Shown here in pieces: positions 12,573-26,006 of a stretch of 64,000 bases of DNA. The notes beneath the pieces were generated by a model. The model searched no databases. It saw only the letters and a list, made by a program, of their open reading frames with translations, and was not told the DNA's origin. Positions within the stretch are counted from its first letter, which is position 1. Every line of letters starts with the position of its first letter. The stretch covers positions 9,141,245-9,205,244 of the forward strand of contig OZ199838.1 in NCBI GenBank assembly GCA_964304625.1, given 5' to 3'. The position numbers were made by a program, and so were the translations under genes. Source of the DNA: Kudoa neothunni. Its lineage: Eukaryota > Animalia > Cnidaria.

Positions 12573-15500
12573 ATGTTTGTTCATCAAATTTTCCTTATTA
12601 TAGTTATTTCATCCGCAATTCGAATACGAACATATCCAAACTATTCGTCTCTCAGTTTACTTACAACTATAAAATATAGTTTTACTCGAAGTGTACCCCG
12701 TTCGCCTCCTTTTCATATCTACTACAACGATCCCATGTCATTAAAGTCGGATCCTTTCATCCCCTGTGCAATAGTGGTTTTATTGCAATTTTAGAGTTTG
12801 GTTCATTGGTGACTTTCCAACGTGCCTCTTTTACAAGTGTCACATCCATTATCTCAACCAAACACACAGTTGCGAATGTGGGGACGAATTTGTTGTGGGG
12901 AGCACAGAAATAACCTTCCATAACTTCCATGTTTTCTCCGACAGTTCAATTATTGTATTTACTCTTTTGTTATTAATGCCTCCCAAACTATATATCAAAT
13001 TTTATTAATAATATTAATAAGTAATAATATAAAGGCGTGTGGATCAACAAATATTACCAACTTCGATACGAATTTCTTTAATAGCAATTGTTATTTTAAA
13101 TACGGTTGCATGAAGGGGTTCGTTAAAATGCTCAATCCTTGTATTCCAAATTTATTGGTTTTCAATCATTATTGACTTTTAAGACAACCACTCGTTCCCT
13201 CTCCTTGGATTCGACCTAAAACCCTCACACAACAATCTTTTATTCAGTTCGGATCCTTCGGCCTTCAATCATCAAGGTATATTTTTTGCAATAAATTATA
13301 TTTATTTATATTACCATGATGATTAATTATTCATATCGACATATTTCATATTTTGAGTGATAAATAAAATATGTAAATTTAAGGATGAAAAAATAACATT
13401 AAAAAATTAAACAAACGATATAAGATTATTAGACATATTAGATGATGTGAATTCTAATATAGGTGTAGTATTGGTAACGGACATATCTCGACAACCTTTT
13501 CTGAATTTTTTCCAATTCAAAGGGCTTAATATTTCAAACCAGCTATTGGGTAGGAAATATTAGTTAAGTTTGTGCGCTAATTCTTCTTTTTAAAAGGATA
13601 CGCTATGGAAATTGTTAATTTGGAAAATAAAAAAAGTAACATTGCATGGCATTTTATTAAAAACATCCTTTAGTTCTCGTTGTGTCTGCACCAAAATATA
13701 ATCGTGGAAGAGGAAGGGTAAACTGTTATCATAAATTTTTGTATTGCGAAGTTTCTTAAAGGTCTACATAAAATATTGTATTTATGTGAAATTTGAAATT
13801 TTATCCAATGTGGATATAGCTAAAATCTCGCTAAAAATTATTGATCCACCGAAAGAATTTAATCAGGTTAGATTTTACATTATGAAGGAGTTAACTTGGT
13901 TCAGATCGGACAACTATTTGGATATTCGCTACTTTCAATAGATATCAATGGGGACAGGTAAAGTTTATTAATTTTCAATTTATTATTTCGCTTAATCTAC
14001 ATCTATAAGTTTTAACTATAAAACATATTTCTGTTAAATATCGATTTGTTTTTTTATAATTTTTAGGCCAAATGAATATATTTAATTGCATTTTATTTAT
14101 TTAATTTAACGAATATTTAACCTTTTATTACCAAATGATATATTGTAGTGATAAGTCAAATAATTAAATAATAATGATTTAGGATGGACGAACTCCTCAT
14201 ATCCGCCCCCTATTTCAAAAGGAAATTAATTGACGGTGTTGTTCTGATGTACACATATACCAAATCAAATGATATGGTTAATTTCTTTGTCTTTTTAAAT
14301 GAATGATGATTAATAGCACCTCAAATTTTTAACCGCTATTTACAATGAGGACTTACAAGTACAAGATTTTGGATTTTGCACCAACTTCGGTTTGAACTTG
14401 AAAAATTTGGGTTATTTCAACGATGATCCATTCGAGGGTATTTATTTTTAAATTTCCTTCGTGTGATTTACTCTCTTTTCAGATCTTGGAGTTTCTGCCA
14501 CCTGTAAACAACCTAATTCGCCAAAAACAACTAATTTTTTTGTCTTTTATGGAACAGGCTCCCCAATTCTAGTAATTGTGCGACTCTAAATTAAAAAATC
14601 TTTTAAAAGAAATTTATTTATTCCCATAAAACAACCCAACAACTCAACTTTGTTATCAAATCCTTTCATTCTATCATTACGAAAGTCGACTTTGATAAGG
14701 ATGGTCTAAACGGTAATATGACATTTGCTATATATTATGAATCGATTTAGATTTACTCGCCTTTACTAAAAACGAGGATGAAAAAATGGTTTCAATTCAT
14801 TTTTTAAAAACAGTTAAACCCACAAAAATCATTATTAGTGGAAATATCTACAATGACAGCAGTATGGAAAATCATACTAAGTAGTTAAAAAACTTGATTT
14901 GAACTAATGGCAACCTGGGATAGGGTGGTTGTAAAATTTTGCTCAGATCAATCGTTAAATATTACAAGAATCAATCCAAGTAATGTTATTTAACTGAAAT
15001 TTTTTTTCATTTTCTTAATAGAAATATTTTACTACTATGAAGATAAAGATGAAATAATTGCTTTGGCCGGCAATGATAGTGTTGATATTTCCTATTGGGA
15101 TGAATCTAACAAGTGTTTATACATGCAAAAGTTTTTCAAAGTACTTCACACAATTATTTAATTAATTTTTTCGTTTATAACTTTTAATGGATTTGTTTTA
15201 ATAGAATTACGAGTTTTTCAACATTGAAAGTGTCTACGTTTTGTACGCTGAAGATGATAAGGAAAAACTGAGCCTATTTAAGCTTGACTCTATCCACACC
15301 AAAGTGGAAAAGAATATAGCTGCTATTAAACACGAAGAAAATGATCGCAAACTTGGCATAAGTATTCATATAGTCGATAAAAATTCTAAAATGTAATTTT
15401 CTAAATAAAAATATCTCGGAGTTGAGTTCAGGATAGGGTTGTAGGAAGTGCTCTTTATTGTTGTCTTATTGGATCAAGGAAAATCTCACTCAAAAGCACG

Positions 15501-18500
15501 TTAGAAATTATGTTATATAAAATTTCTGAGGACATGGAACTGACTATTACACCAGTATCTAATAAATAATATTTTGCGCTATTTATGGGTTTTAGCATCA
15601 TTATGCTGACCAAATAGTAACTATTTACAGAGATTATCAATCGATGGTATCTTTTATAATCAACGTATCCATAAAAAATTCGATTAGTAACAGGGTATAA
15701 AGGATTTATGCGAGAGGGTTACATTTTACTCTACTTTTAGATTCATATTGAAATTATCGCTAAAGGAAGGAATAAATCAGTCGTTCACCCCAAAAACTCA
15801 TTTATTGGTTCATATAATTTAGTCTTTGTCCGTGTTTTAAAGTATATATTTTTATTATTGTTTAGTTGATGTTAATGTTAATGTTTATGTAGGAATGAAA
15901 ATACTAATGATAAATTTAATTTTTCCATTGATGAGACCAGTTCAGAGTTGTCTAACATTAACATATTAAATTTCAGTGCGTATGTTACAATGAATAAAAT
16001 TCCTCGATAAATTGTTATGTAGATGGCTTAAGCTAGAAGAGATTGAGTCGTCAAACAATTTTTCAAACTACATTAAAGTAATGTGAACACTGAATAATAA
16101 TCTCAGCTTCTTATTTTAGATTATTAATAATGGACCTACATTGTTCACACCAACTGTCCTAAATTTAACCATATCGAACTTGAATTTTCGTTGCTCGCAT
16201 ATAACATATCTCCAAATTTCAGTAAACTCGTTTCAATTAAATATTAAATAATAATTGACAGGATTCGAACAATATAACCATAAAATGCAGAACTATAAAT
16301 TCTACGGATCGCATTGTCATTATTTTAGGTTAAAAAATATCTAGGTTCGTTTTAGATTAGCTCAACTTGTAACTTGAGCATGTTACCTCACGGCCCCACC
16401 ATAATAAAAATTCAGTTAGATGCTGATTTCAATTTAAACTCTAACCATGTAAAACCTCAATTGCATGAAATGATAATAATTTAGCTATAGAGATACAAAA
16501 ATTTGTCGCTAGACACATTGGTACATGTGAAAACAAACTGTTCGGCTGTATGCTATGCTATGGTTGATTCTACAATCTCGTTGCACGTACTTTTTGTGTA
16601 ATTAACAAGGATCCTCGCGATAAGTATTCCAAAATTTATCCCGATAGATAAAATATTTTTGCCTCATATTTTATTAAAAATCGAACCAATTAATAAGAAA
16701 CAAGAATTGGGAATTATTCGGCTATATTGATGAATTTTGTTTCAGTAAAAACTTATTTAATTCTTTCGTTATTTAGCCATTTAAACTGATTTAATAAAAA
16801 TTATGTTTATGATTTTTCAAGTGGTAATTAAAAACTGCAGTCTTCGAGTCGTTTGTATGTCAAGAGTCGAAAAAAAATTGAATAATACACCTCGAATTTC
16901 ATTTAATAATTTAAACCCGTTTCATAATACTAAATTCAGTTTATTCAGAAAATAAGGAGAATTTGATCTTTAATGTTTACTTATATTTGTGTTCATATTT
17001 AACAAATTGTAAATGTTTCCCTAAATCATTCAACAGTTGTAATAGATTTTTTAGTTTTCAGTATAATAATTTAATGATAAATTTAGTTTCGAATATATAT
17101 AATTATAATTAAAAAATATAGAGTGGTGTTTTATAATTGTAAGAGTTATCGACTAGCTTTGTAATATAAGATTATTCAAGGTGATAATTTTCTAATACCG
17201 GCCATAAATTAAGAAAATTAAGACAAATATTCATAACTGATCTAAAGTAGTCAAGTTTTTTATAACTGGTTCACTCCTGAAGCTCATTTTAATTACCGCC
17301 TACGTGTTTTAGTCATTCAAATGTTTATATAATTCTCTATTATTAATTAAACTCATAAAGCCCTCTTCTGTTTCAATTCTGTACTTAATGCTTTATTTGA
17401 CTTGTGCAGAAAACAAAATTTCGATGAATTTTGGGATCAAGAAATTTCTAAATATCCAAAATTAGAATTATCCTTCTTTTTATGTTAAACACGAATTTCT
17501 ATAAAACGTCAAAAAATTTGATATTTTCAGCTACTCTCTGTTTCAGCGCGCGCACGTAATGTTGGCACCACAAGTTATCCGCTGACATCTCCCTTTTTGA
17601 ATAAAGAAAAAGAGCCATATATAGATTATTCAATTAGATATTAATGAATTATAGTTTATGTGTTTTATAAATGGGCCTTCTGAAGATAGATAATATATTA
17701 TTGTAACATTTGTAGTAAAAGTTTGAGATTAAAAACACAAACCTCCTTTAAATATTGCTTTACACAAGTGATGTACGAAAATTCAATTATTTAGCTTAAT
17801 GTATATTATTACAATTTATAAATTAGGTGAATTGATAAAATTATTGCTTAAAATGTCATTACTAATCTTACAATACGAAATTTATAACCTCAAATTGTAA
17901 AATAGGCCAATTGTATTTTTGTTTAAGTTTAATTAATGTTGATTTAATCTAACAAAACGTTATGTATTATTAAATATATTTCCATAATTTATTAAAAAAT
18001 GATAGACACTTTTCTCATCTATATACATCAATATTTAATATTTTATTAAATAGCGCGAACTTCTCAGCTCCATCTGCGATCACAAATATTTTAAATTAAA
18101 AAATAAACGAATACTCTTAGTTAACCCATTGAAAAAATTAGACTACGAAAATTCTAAAGTGTCGTTTTTTTCACATTTGCAATTGTTGAAATTTAAATTA
18201 AGATCATCTATAGAGATTATGAAAATAGAAAAAATTATCTAGTTAGAAGATAGCTTATGAAAATTACATTTTACTTCCCAAATCAATACCCACTTTATCC
18301 GGTAAAAACTATAATACTCTTGACTGCAAACATTTTCGCGGAATTTAAATATCAACCTAAATAATTTAAATAGATCGATAAAATAAAAGTACAACGCCGT
18401 TATGGAATTTAATTGTTAATAGTTCAATTTAACGAGCGGATTAAATGAAATCTAGGGACATAGCCCCATTATTATAAGCCCTTATTCTGTCCGATTATAA

Positions 18501-19775
18501 CGTGCATTACAAATTCATCGTTAAGTAAGCAAATATAGACTTTTTATGAAATTTAAAACCATTAAAAAAGCTTTCAAAGTGTAATTATGAATTAAAATAT
18601 ATGTCTTTGTATAAGCAGTATTTTTGCACAACAAATATAAAAAGACGTGCCTAATTTATAAATATTGGTTGATGACATGTTAAATTAACATTTGATCATA
18701 AAGCTAAGGAGTATCTTAATTTGACTAATTATCACTTTGAAGTAAGCGGATGTTAATCCTATTGTTGAAAAGTGTAATCCGTTTAACAAACTTAACTTCG
18801 ATAAAACCGTCATTTTATGAATCTCATTTAAATCTTGGATTGTTACAAATAATTAATTGAATCGTTATAATATCGTAATCTAATTAAAAATTCATATATG
18901 TTCGTTTATACGTAAAAAATATTCATCGCACATGCTTTCATGTGGATACACACAAACAAGCCGACAGAGTATATATATAAGAGATATTTCTTATTTTTAG
19001 ATTTTTGGATTTTTGAAGATTTAATACAATAATCAATGATAACGAACAAATAATGCAAATATTTAAATTTATATAAATAATAATCGTTCATTATTTAATT
19101 AAAAACCTTCAAACAAAATAAAATAAATATTTTTTAACCAACAAAATTATGATTATACAATTCTTACGAGATATCCAGAAAATTAATTAACCTTCTAAAT
19201 AGTCCTACTTTTATTTAACTCTTACAGCATAGTTTATTCATAGTTAATAAACATTTGTTAGTTTTAAGAAATCTTAGATTCAAACACATTTTAATTTCAC
19301 ACATAAATACATATATATTAGAATATGAATTTAGTAGAAATGTTGTTTTACATTACATTTGTTATCACAAATTATGACTCGAAATTATTTTAATTTATAA
19401 TTGGAACAAAATGTGGCTATAGTAGGAACAATGTGAGGATCCTTGAATCATCAACTGTATTATAACATAAATTAATTGTAAAATATCTCTCAAGGCTAAC
19501 CTTATGATTTATCCAAATTTGGACAAAAACAATCCTATTGCTATAAAACATGTAATTTATATTGTATGTGGTATCCTGTTGGGATTTCTCATTGTCATGG
19601 GGATTCGAGTTTTTCACAAGGTATGGAACAATTATCTAAACAGACACAACCACTACATTTTATCTAGCGAATACGCCCTACCGAAATTCACCAGTTTCCC
19701 TATTCTCAAATAACAGGAAAGACTTCAAACCCAAATCTTTCCAACAATCAGAAAATAACAGATAGTTTCGTATAA
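12573..19775 (+). CDS. Integrin alpha subunit-like protein, many small exons (middle exons not fully resolved)
   Basis: Signal peptide MFVHQIFLIIVISSA. Spliced FG-GAP blades: LLGFDL..LLFSSDPSAFNHQG, LGYAMEI..VLVVSAPKYNRGRGRVYI, FGYSLLSIDINGDRMDELLISAPYF (13905-14220), NFGLNLKNLGYFNDDPFEDLGVSA (14385-14500), VDFDKDGLNDLLA (14685-14762). Calf-like IINNGPT at about 16120. Single TM IYIVCGILLGFLIVMGI at about 19555-19605. Confidence 0.85.
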
Positions 19776-19867
19776 TGACAAATATGGCACATTTTTTATT
19801 ATGCGCAAAACATACAACAATTAATTACAAAAATATTAACTATAATCAGTAGTCACAGTGAGGACCG

Positions 19868-21344
19868 TTAACTAGTATAATATAGTATCCAAGCAATGGG
19901 ATACCGCACAACAAAGGCAAACAACGAAGCAGCCACCTAAATAATGATAAAATGAGTGAGTTTCGATGAGAATGAAAATTGCCAATCTCTACTTGAAGCC
20001 TCAAAAGAAAATTTAGCAATTCTTCCTCACTCATTGGTCCGTATTTTCTCAAGACAAAATTCAACAGAGTTAAATTGTCGGCAGTGATAACTTTGGACGC
20101 GTCTTTGGAAGGATTAGAAATTGTGGCCATACCAAAACGTGACATAAGTCCTACAACAATACAACCGCCTAAATCCAATGACGATAGCTTGAAAGAGGTT
20201 TGACTAGGAATTCTATCCAATGTATCCTCAGCCAACCTACACATCCGATTCAGTAACCATCATCCATTAACATTTACATTGGCAAACGATGTCTTGGGCA
20301 TGGAATCATACCGGTAAGTTGTGGGATGGACAAGAAAAAGTTTAATATTTGCGGCAGAAAAAATAACAATAAAGTCTTGCAGTTATGACTTAGGATACCA
20401 GCAACAGCAAAAGTCATACCAGCGAAATAACAATATGTATCTCCAACAAACACTTTGGCCGGATATCTACGAAACAGAGTAATCATACACAGCATCAAAA
20501 TTCAATTACTTATTGAATTGGAAAAGCGCCAATGAAACCGCCAGAAATGGTATCAGAATAAAAATTGGAGTTAAAGACTCAGCGGTGCCTTTACATTGCT
20601 CCACAAATTCAAATATTATCCACGATATTGCAATCACTATCGATTGTCCCACTTCCAATCCATTAATTCCTGCGTATATATTGATTGTGTTACAACAAAA
20701 CACTGTTATACAAACCAAAAACACATAATGTAATATTCCTATATTGACAAATTTGCCGAAGATTTGTCTGGCAATAACTGGCATTATCACAGTCGTTGAT
20801 CCTTCATTAATCATATAGATTAATACTAATGGAATTGATGCTAAAAATGGAAGCAAAATTTTATATCTCCATCGAATATTCAACACATCATCGGAAAACC
20901 CCAATAAAATCATACTGGTGATCGATAACAACGCTGCCAAATATTCTGTTAACTATATACACATTAATTAAATTATTAGATAGGTGCGGATAGTAATTAC
21001 ATATTTGGTATCACTCCACACTGACTGAGATCCAGTAAAATAACTACATCCGTAAGGTAGAGCTATCACCACAAACAAACACATCATATAAATGATGCCA
21101 CTAACGAATCCAACCGCTTCAGGTCTAAACGTGATAAAATGAGTTTAAATCTGGTTCTAAAGTTGTACAAAACAGTCGGTTCTTTTCGACCAAGATCTTT
21201 TCCTTTTAAACCAGCAGCAAAAAACAACTTAGAACAATTTTCTATTGTCACATATGACAAGCGATACGCAATCCACGACAGCAGGATATTCCCCAACAAC
21301 ACAAAAATTGTGTCATTCACATAAAGGAATTGGCAATCAAACAT
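19868..21344 (-). CDS. DPAGT1: UDP-GlcNAc--dolichyl-phosphate GlcNAc-phosphotransferase (ALG7)
   Basis: Spliced motifs [78 protein letters not shown] and C-terminal [15 protein letters not shown]. Confidence 0.97.
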
Positions 21345-23062
21345 TGGCAACAACAACTATCAAATACAACAATAGGCACAGCCAAAAATCCCTTAGAATT
21401 AGGTAGATGGTCGCGCAACCCTTTTAGTTGATCTGTTAGCTGGCAGCAGGGAAAATATCGATCGTTCCCATACTCTCATTAGAGCGTCTTTTATTATTAC
21501 CGCCTTTCAATTATTGTTAGGTTGCGGTTTTAAATGGATCGAATATTTTGCTTTTGATAGATAGGTTTAATACTACAATATTTGTTATTATAATGTGTAT
21601 ATCCCAGGTTTATTGCTCAGGCCAGTCATTTATGGATTAAAAATATTTATCCATTCATTATTAACACATTTTAATACTCGTATTTAGTTAGTAGGGGCAA
21701 TAATGCATTTTGCTATCTCCTACAGGAAATTTTATAACTAAAATAGAGTAAGTTAATTTGTTTCAACTAACTTTTATCGTTGAACCAATAGTTAAACCAA
21801 TAATGTTATGCTATCTTTTTTTAATATACTGCAAAATTTAGCTTAGAATTGTTCTGGGAATTAATCACTCGATTTTACACTGTACATTTAACACATACAA
21901 TCTCCTTGTCAGCGTCTGTGTCTGTGTTAAAAAATATAATTTAAAATTTAGTAATGTTTTTTAAAAACCATGTCTTCCCAATTAACTAATACGCTATTTT
22001 TTCAACAATGTATTAACTTTTTAATAATTTTGTTTGGCGATATAATACCATGTTTATTCCAATGTATGACAGGTTTTGTATTAGTTTTTGTTTTATAAAA
22101 TTATAGTAGATCATTGACTTTTAGGTGGGGAATTTTTCGTAAGGTGATTGATGGTTCTTTAAAAAGATTTATAAATTATTCTTATTCAAATAATGAAAAT
22201 TGATATAATCCAACAGGGCTTGTACGCGACAGGTCGTGGAATGAAGTCTCTTTACGTAGAATCGCTGCATTACGTACGAGCCATGTTTTGAATTATTTTC
22301 TTATAGGAAACGAAATCCTTTTATTTTTATTTATTTGATAATTAAAAGTATTCGTTTTATTATAAATAAGAATTAGAAAATTCGGTTAAAATGTAGAATA
22401 GTGGCCACATTTTCTGATTAAAGATTATAATTGGTTCGTAGATTAATCCTGAAGTTTTTATAACAAATTAGCATGAAGTATCTTGAATATTTAATGATAG
22501 GAGTAAGTGGATTAATTATAATAAATTATATTTGATATTAACGTATGCAGTTGATACAATTTAACATTAAATGCTTGCAGAAAATATGAATTTCTTATTC
22601 CTATAGGCATAGAATTAATAATAGGCAATCGTTAATGATGAAATATGAAAATTAATAAAAAATCATAATTGTTACACTCAAATTTTAGGATAAATAAAGC
22701 ATGCTTTACTCCCTCGATTAAATGATATGGCCTGTGGAAATAACTACGAGGGGCTAGCAGTTATTTAAAGAATATATTACAGCAACCACTATCGGTAACT
22801 AATACAGTGCCGAAAATAACTTACTGGTGGTGAAACAGCGATAAATACAAAAAATTAGAATAATAAACAGGTTCGATTTTTATCGTGGTCGTTGATTTGG
22901 ATTACGGCCACTGTTCTACATTTTGACCTTGTATCTAATATATAACGGTTTAATAAAATCATAATCTGTTGGTATTATGCATTATCATATTTTTTGAAGC
23001 CTGAGGAATATTCTTGGGTGAAATTATTCTCAATATTCAAAGATGTAATTTGTCGTGTTTAA

Positions 23063-24184
23063 CCCCCTAATGATCTCAAAAGCGCTGAACGTGTAATAAC
23101 TTTTGGGTAAATTTTACCCCACATTTTTTTTGAATTATAACACTTTAAAAATCTAATAATCAATATTGTAGAATAATTTATAATTCCTATGGATGAAACA
23201 CTGGAAAATGTATATTAAATTTTGACGAAATCTACGTGATAATTGGTTTCGTCTACGATCCGTCTTATGCCGGTACACTACACATCGATGTTTCATTAAT
23301 AAAGTAATTGCGTTAATTCAGTGGAATTAAACGCGTTGCGCCAGTTGAAATATTAAAATAAAACATAAGATGAATTCTTGAAAGTTATGCGAAGTTAAAA
23401 CAGTTTTTAAATGCGCAAATTGAACAATAAAACTTATGACAATTTTCGCATAATTTAAATTTTTTATCATTTTTCCTCTCACTGTATCCACATGTTGCTC
23501 GCTTTACATTAAGAAGATATTCCTGTTGGGGTGCATAAACAATGTTGAGACCTGTTTTTATTGCTTTGTTTATGGAATTTGCTGTCAAAAATGTTTTGTT
23601 TAATTGTTCAACGATTTTTTTAAGAAAATCCCGCATTTGGATTTATTGGGAACATAAGATACCAACATATACTTCTCACGGAATACAAAAATGCTGCCAC
23701 AACGGGTTCTATTTAGTGATGATTGGAGGTATGGCGGTATCTCTAGTTTTTAACGTAATATCTCTATGGCCAATTTTTTCAAATAATTTTTCAGCGAGAA
23801 GCATAAATAAGAAGAAATTTTCATCGACAACATGATTTTCATTCTCGGATAAACAAAATTCATCAATGAAACCATTAGAATAACACATCTTCATACAATT
23901 CGCGCATGCGAGTTAATGAATTTATCTAACATTTCCTTACTTTCTACAAAAACTAGTCATAGGAATTTTATTATGTTTAAATTAGAAATTGTTTACATTT
24001 GTTGAAATATTTGTAATAAAAAAACATGGGGTAAATTTTACCCCAAAGACCATTACAAGATTAAATAAAATTTAAAACTTATACAATAACTTATCGAAAA
24101 AATTTTATTAGAAGAATAAATGAGATCTATTAGGTATTGGATTACTTTATAAAAAGATATACCATTAATTAAATCGTTTGGGGG
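23063..24184 (-). mobile_element. Internally deleted piggyBac element
   Basis: TTAA|CCCCCTAATGAT ... ATCGTTTGGGGG|TTAA. Subterminal palindrome GGGTAAATTTTACCCC at both ends. ORF 23385-23636 ends in the Cys-rich piggyBac C-terminal domain (CENCHKFYCSIC). Confidence 0.85.
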
Positions 24185-25634
24185 TTAATAATAGAAATAT
24201 CAGAAATTACATAGAAAATGACAATTTATCCTCGGATATCAAACTTGGAATGCTGAGAAAAAGTTTTTATTTTTATTAAAATCATTTTTCAGTGTTTGGT
24301 GGCTTCCTGGAATTAAACGTACAGGAAAAATTTTCTTATTGATTATTCTTTACTCCATTATCTGTGTAATTATTAGATTTTCGGTTCGTAAAAACCAATT
24401 GAATAGGTCGTTTATTTAAAATTTTGATTCTTATAGATAGTTAAGATTTTAGAAATAATAACTCAATCTATTTTGTTATTATTTCATAAAAGTTTGAAAT
24501 ATGTAGCATGATGATCATTAAATTCTCATTAGAAATTTCTTTAAAAACCTCCTAAAACATGTTCCGTCATCATTGATTACTTTGAAAGCTACGCCACACT
24601 CCGCATTTTCTACACCCACCTCACTGTAAAGCACGATATAAAATATATGAGCAACGTTTCAGGAGCTCACACTAACATTATTGAATGATATTCAGTGCCA
24701 AAAGTACCGAATATCACCAGTTAACGAGCAGGGTGTCGTCAGTATGAATGGAATAAATAAGTTAATTGGTGAATTTCAATGGAGGGGAAAACTCAAAATG
24801 ACCTATAGAATGGTTTTATACATGACCTAAAAATAATATAGAATAAAACAACTTTTTTTAGTTTTTTTCATAAAAAGTATATTTATAATATAAATAATTA
24901 TTTTTTATCTTTCAGTTGTAAAGCGAGAATTTGATCCACTAAAAATATTTGTCTTGTGTGGACCGCCGCTCAAATTTACCCTTTAATCTTCACGAGGGTT
25001 TATTCTTTGTAACTCACAAGAAAAATTTTATTACCTAACATGTTTTCCATAACTTTTACCTCTAATCTGACCCTTCCCATTGGATAGGATTATAAGAGAG
25101 GCGCATCAGATATAAAAATGGGCGTACAATCTAATTACAATTCCAATTGCAGAATAGGGGCCGCGTGCAGAAAGGGAATTAGAATTGAATTCGTTAACCC
25201 TAGGATTTCGTTCCAATGCCCTTATATTTTTGCTGTCTTCCTCGTTCGTAAAAATAATATTGCATATTTGTTTATAAATACATACCCTTATTTTATTATC
25301 TGTGAGTTATTATCCGCTTCTACATGAGAAATCTTTTTGAGCGCAATAATTTTTAATCAGTACGTAATGAAGAAAAAGATTTTCTGTTATTTTTCAAAAA
25401 TAATCTACAGTTATGTACAGCCCATTTATACCTGAGAGACTCTAATTTAAAGATAGTAATGAGACAAATACATTAAACAGCAGTGTTATTTATAAGAACT
25501 CTCTCAAAAGGCAAAAGTTTCTTAAGAAAAAAAAAATATAGACATTTTTCCATCTAACGCCATATCAATATTTATTTAGATAAACAGCGACGTAAAATAA
25601 AAGTGATTTTTAACAAACAAAAAAATTAAATCTA

Positions 25635-26006
25635 TTATGCATATTCTATTTCTTTATTGCCACATTCAATACATGTATAAAAAACTGTTTGGCCTTCATC
25701 AGCAGATCTGGTTTGCATTGTGGAATATGTCATCTTTTCACATGAACATTTCGAACATTTTCGATCGACAATAGGACCGAGATTTGGAACTGATTGATTC
25801 GTACTCTTTTCAAGCACTGATGAGCTAACCTTCCTGGCCGCATTTTCATTGAATGTGATCGACGACACTGAGTATATATTCTCGAATTTGGTGTACAAAA
25901 TAAGGTTATTGCATATGTCACATTTTGTAGAATCTCCACTCTTTGGAATAATTACAATAGATCCGCATTTTGGACAAAAGTCGGGATCACAATCAAACAA
26001 TACCAT
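25635..26006 (-). CDS. POLR1H: RNA polymerase I subunit RPA12
   Basis: N-terminal Zn ribbon FCPKCG..CDIC. C-terminal TFIIS-like CSKC..MTYSTMQTRSADEGQTVFYTCIECG, where ADEGQT is RPA12-type. Single exon. Confidence 0.95.
   Translation of the reverse strand: MVLFDCDPDFCPKCGSIVIIPKSGDSTKCDICNNLILYTKFENIYSVSSITFNENAARKVSSSVLEKSTNQSVPNLGPIVDRKCSKCSCEKMTYSTMQTRSADEGQTVFYTCIECGNKEIEYA

Noticed and set aside
25096-25443. Possible MITE with TCAG.TATAAA.TGGGC.TACA inverted ends
   Set aside because: Too degenerate and no TSD.
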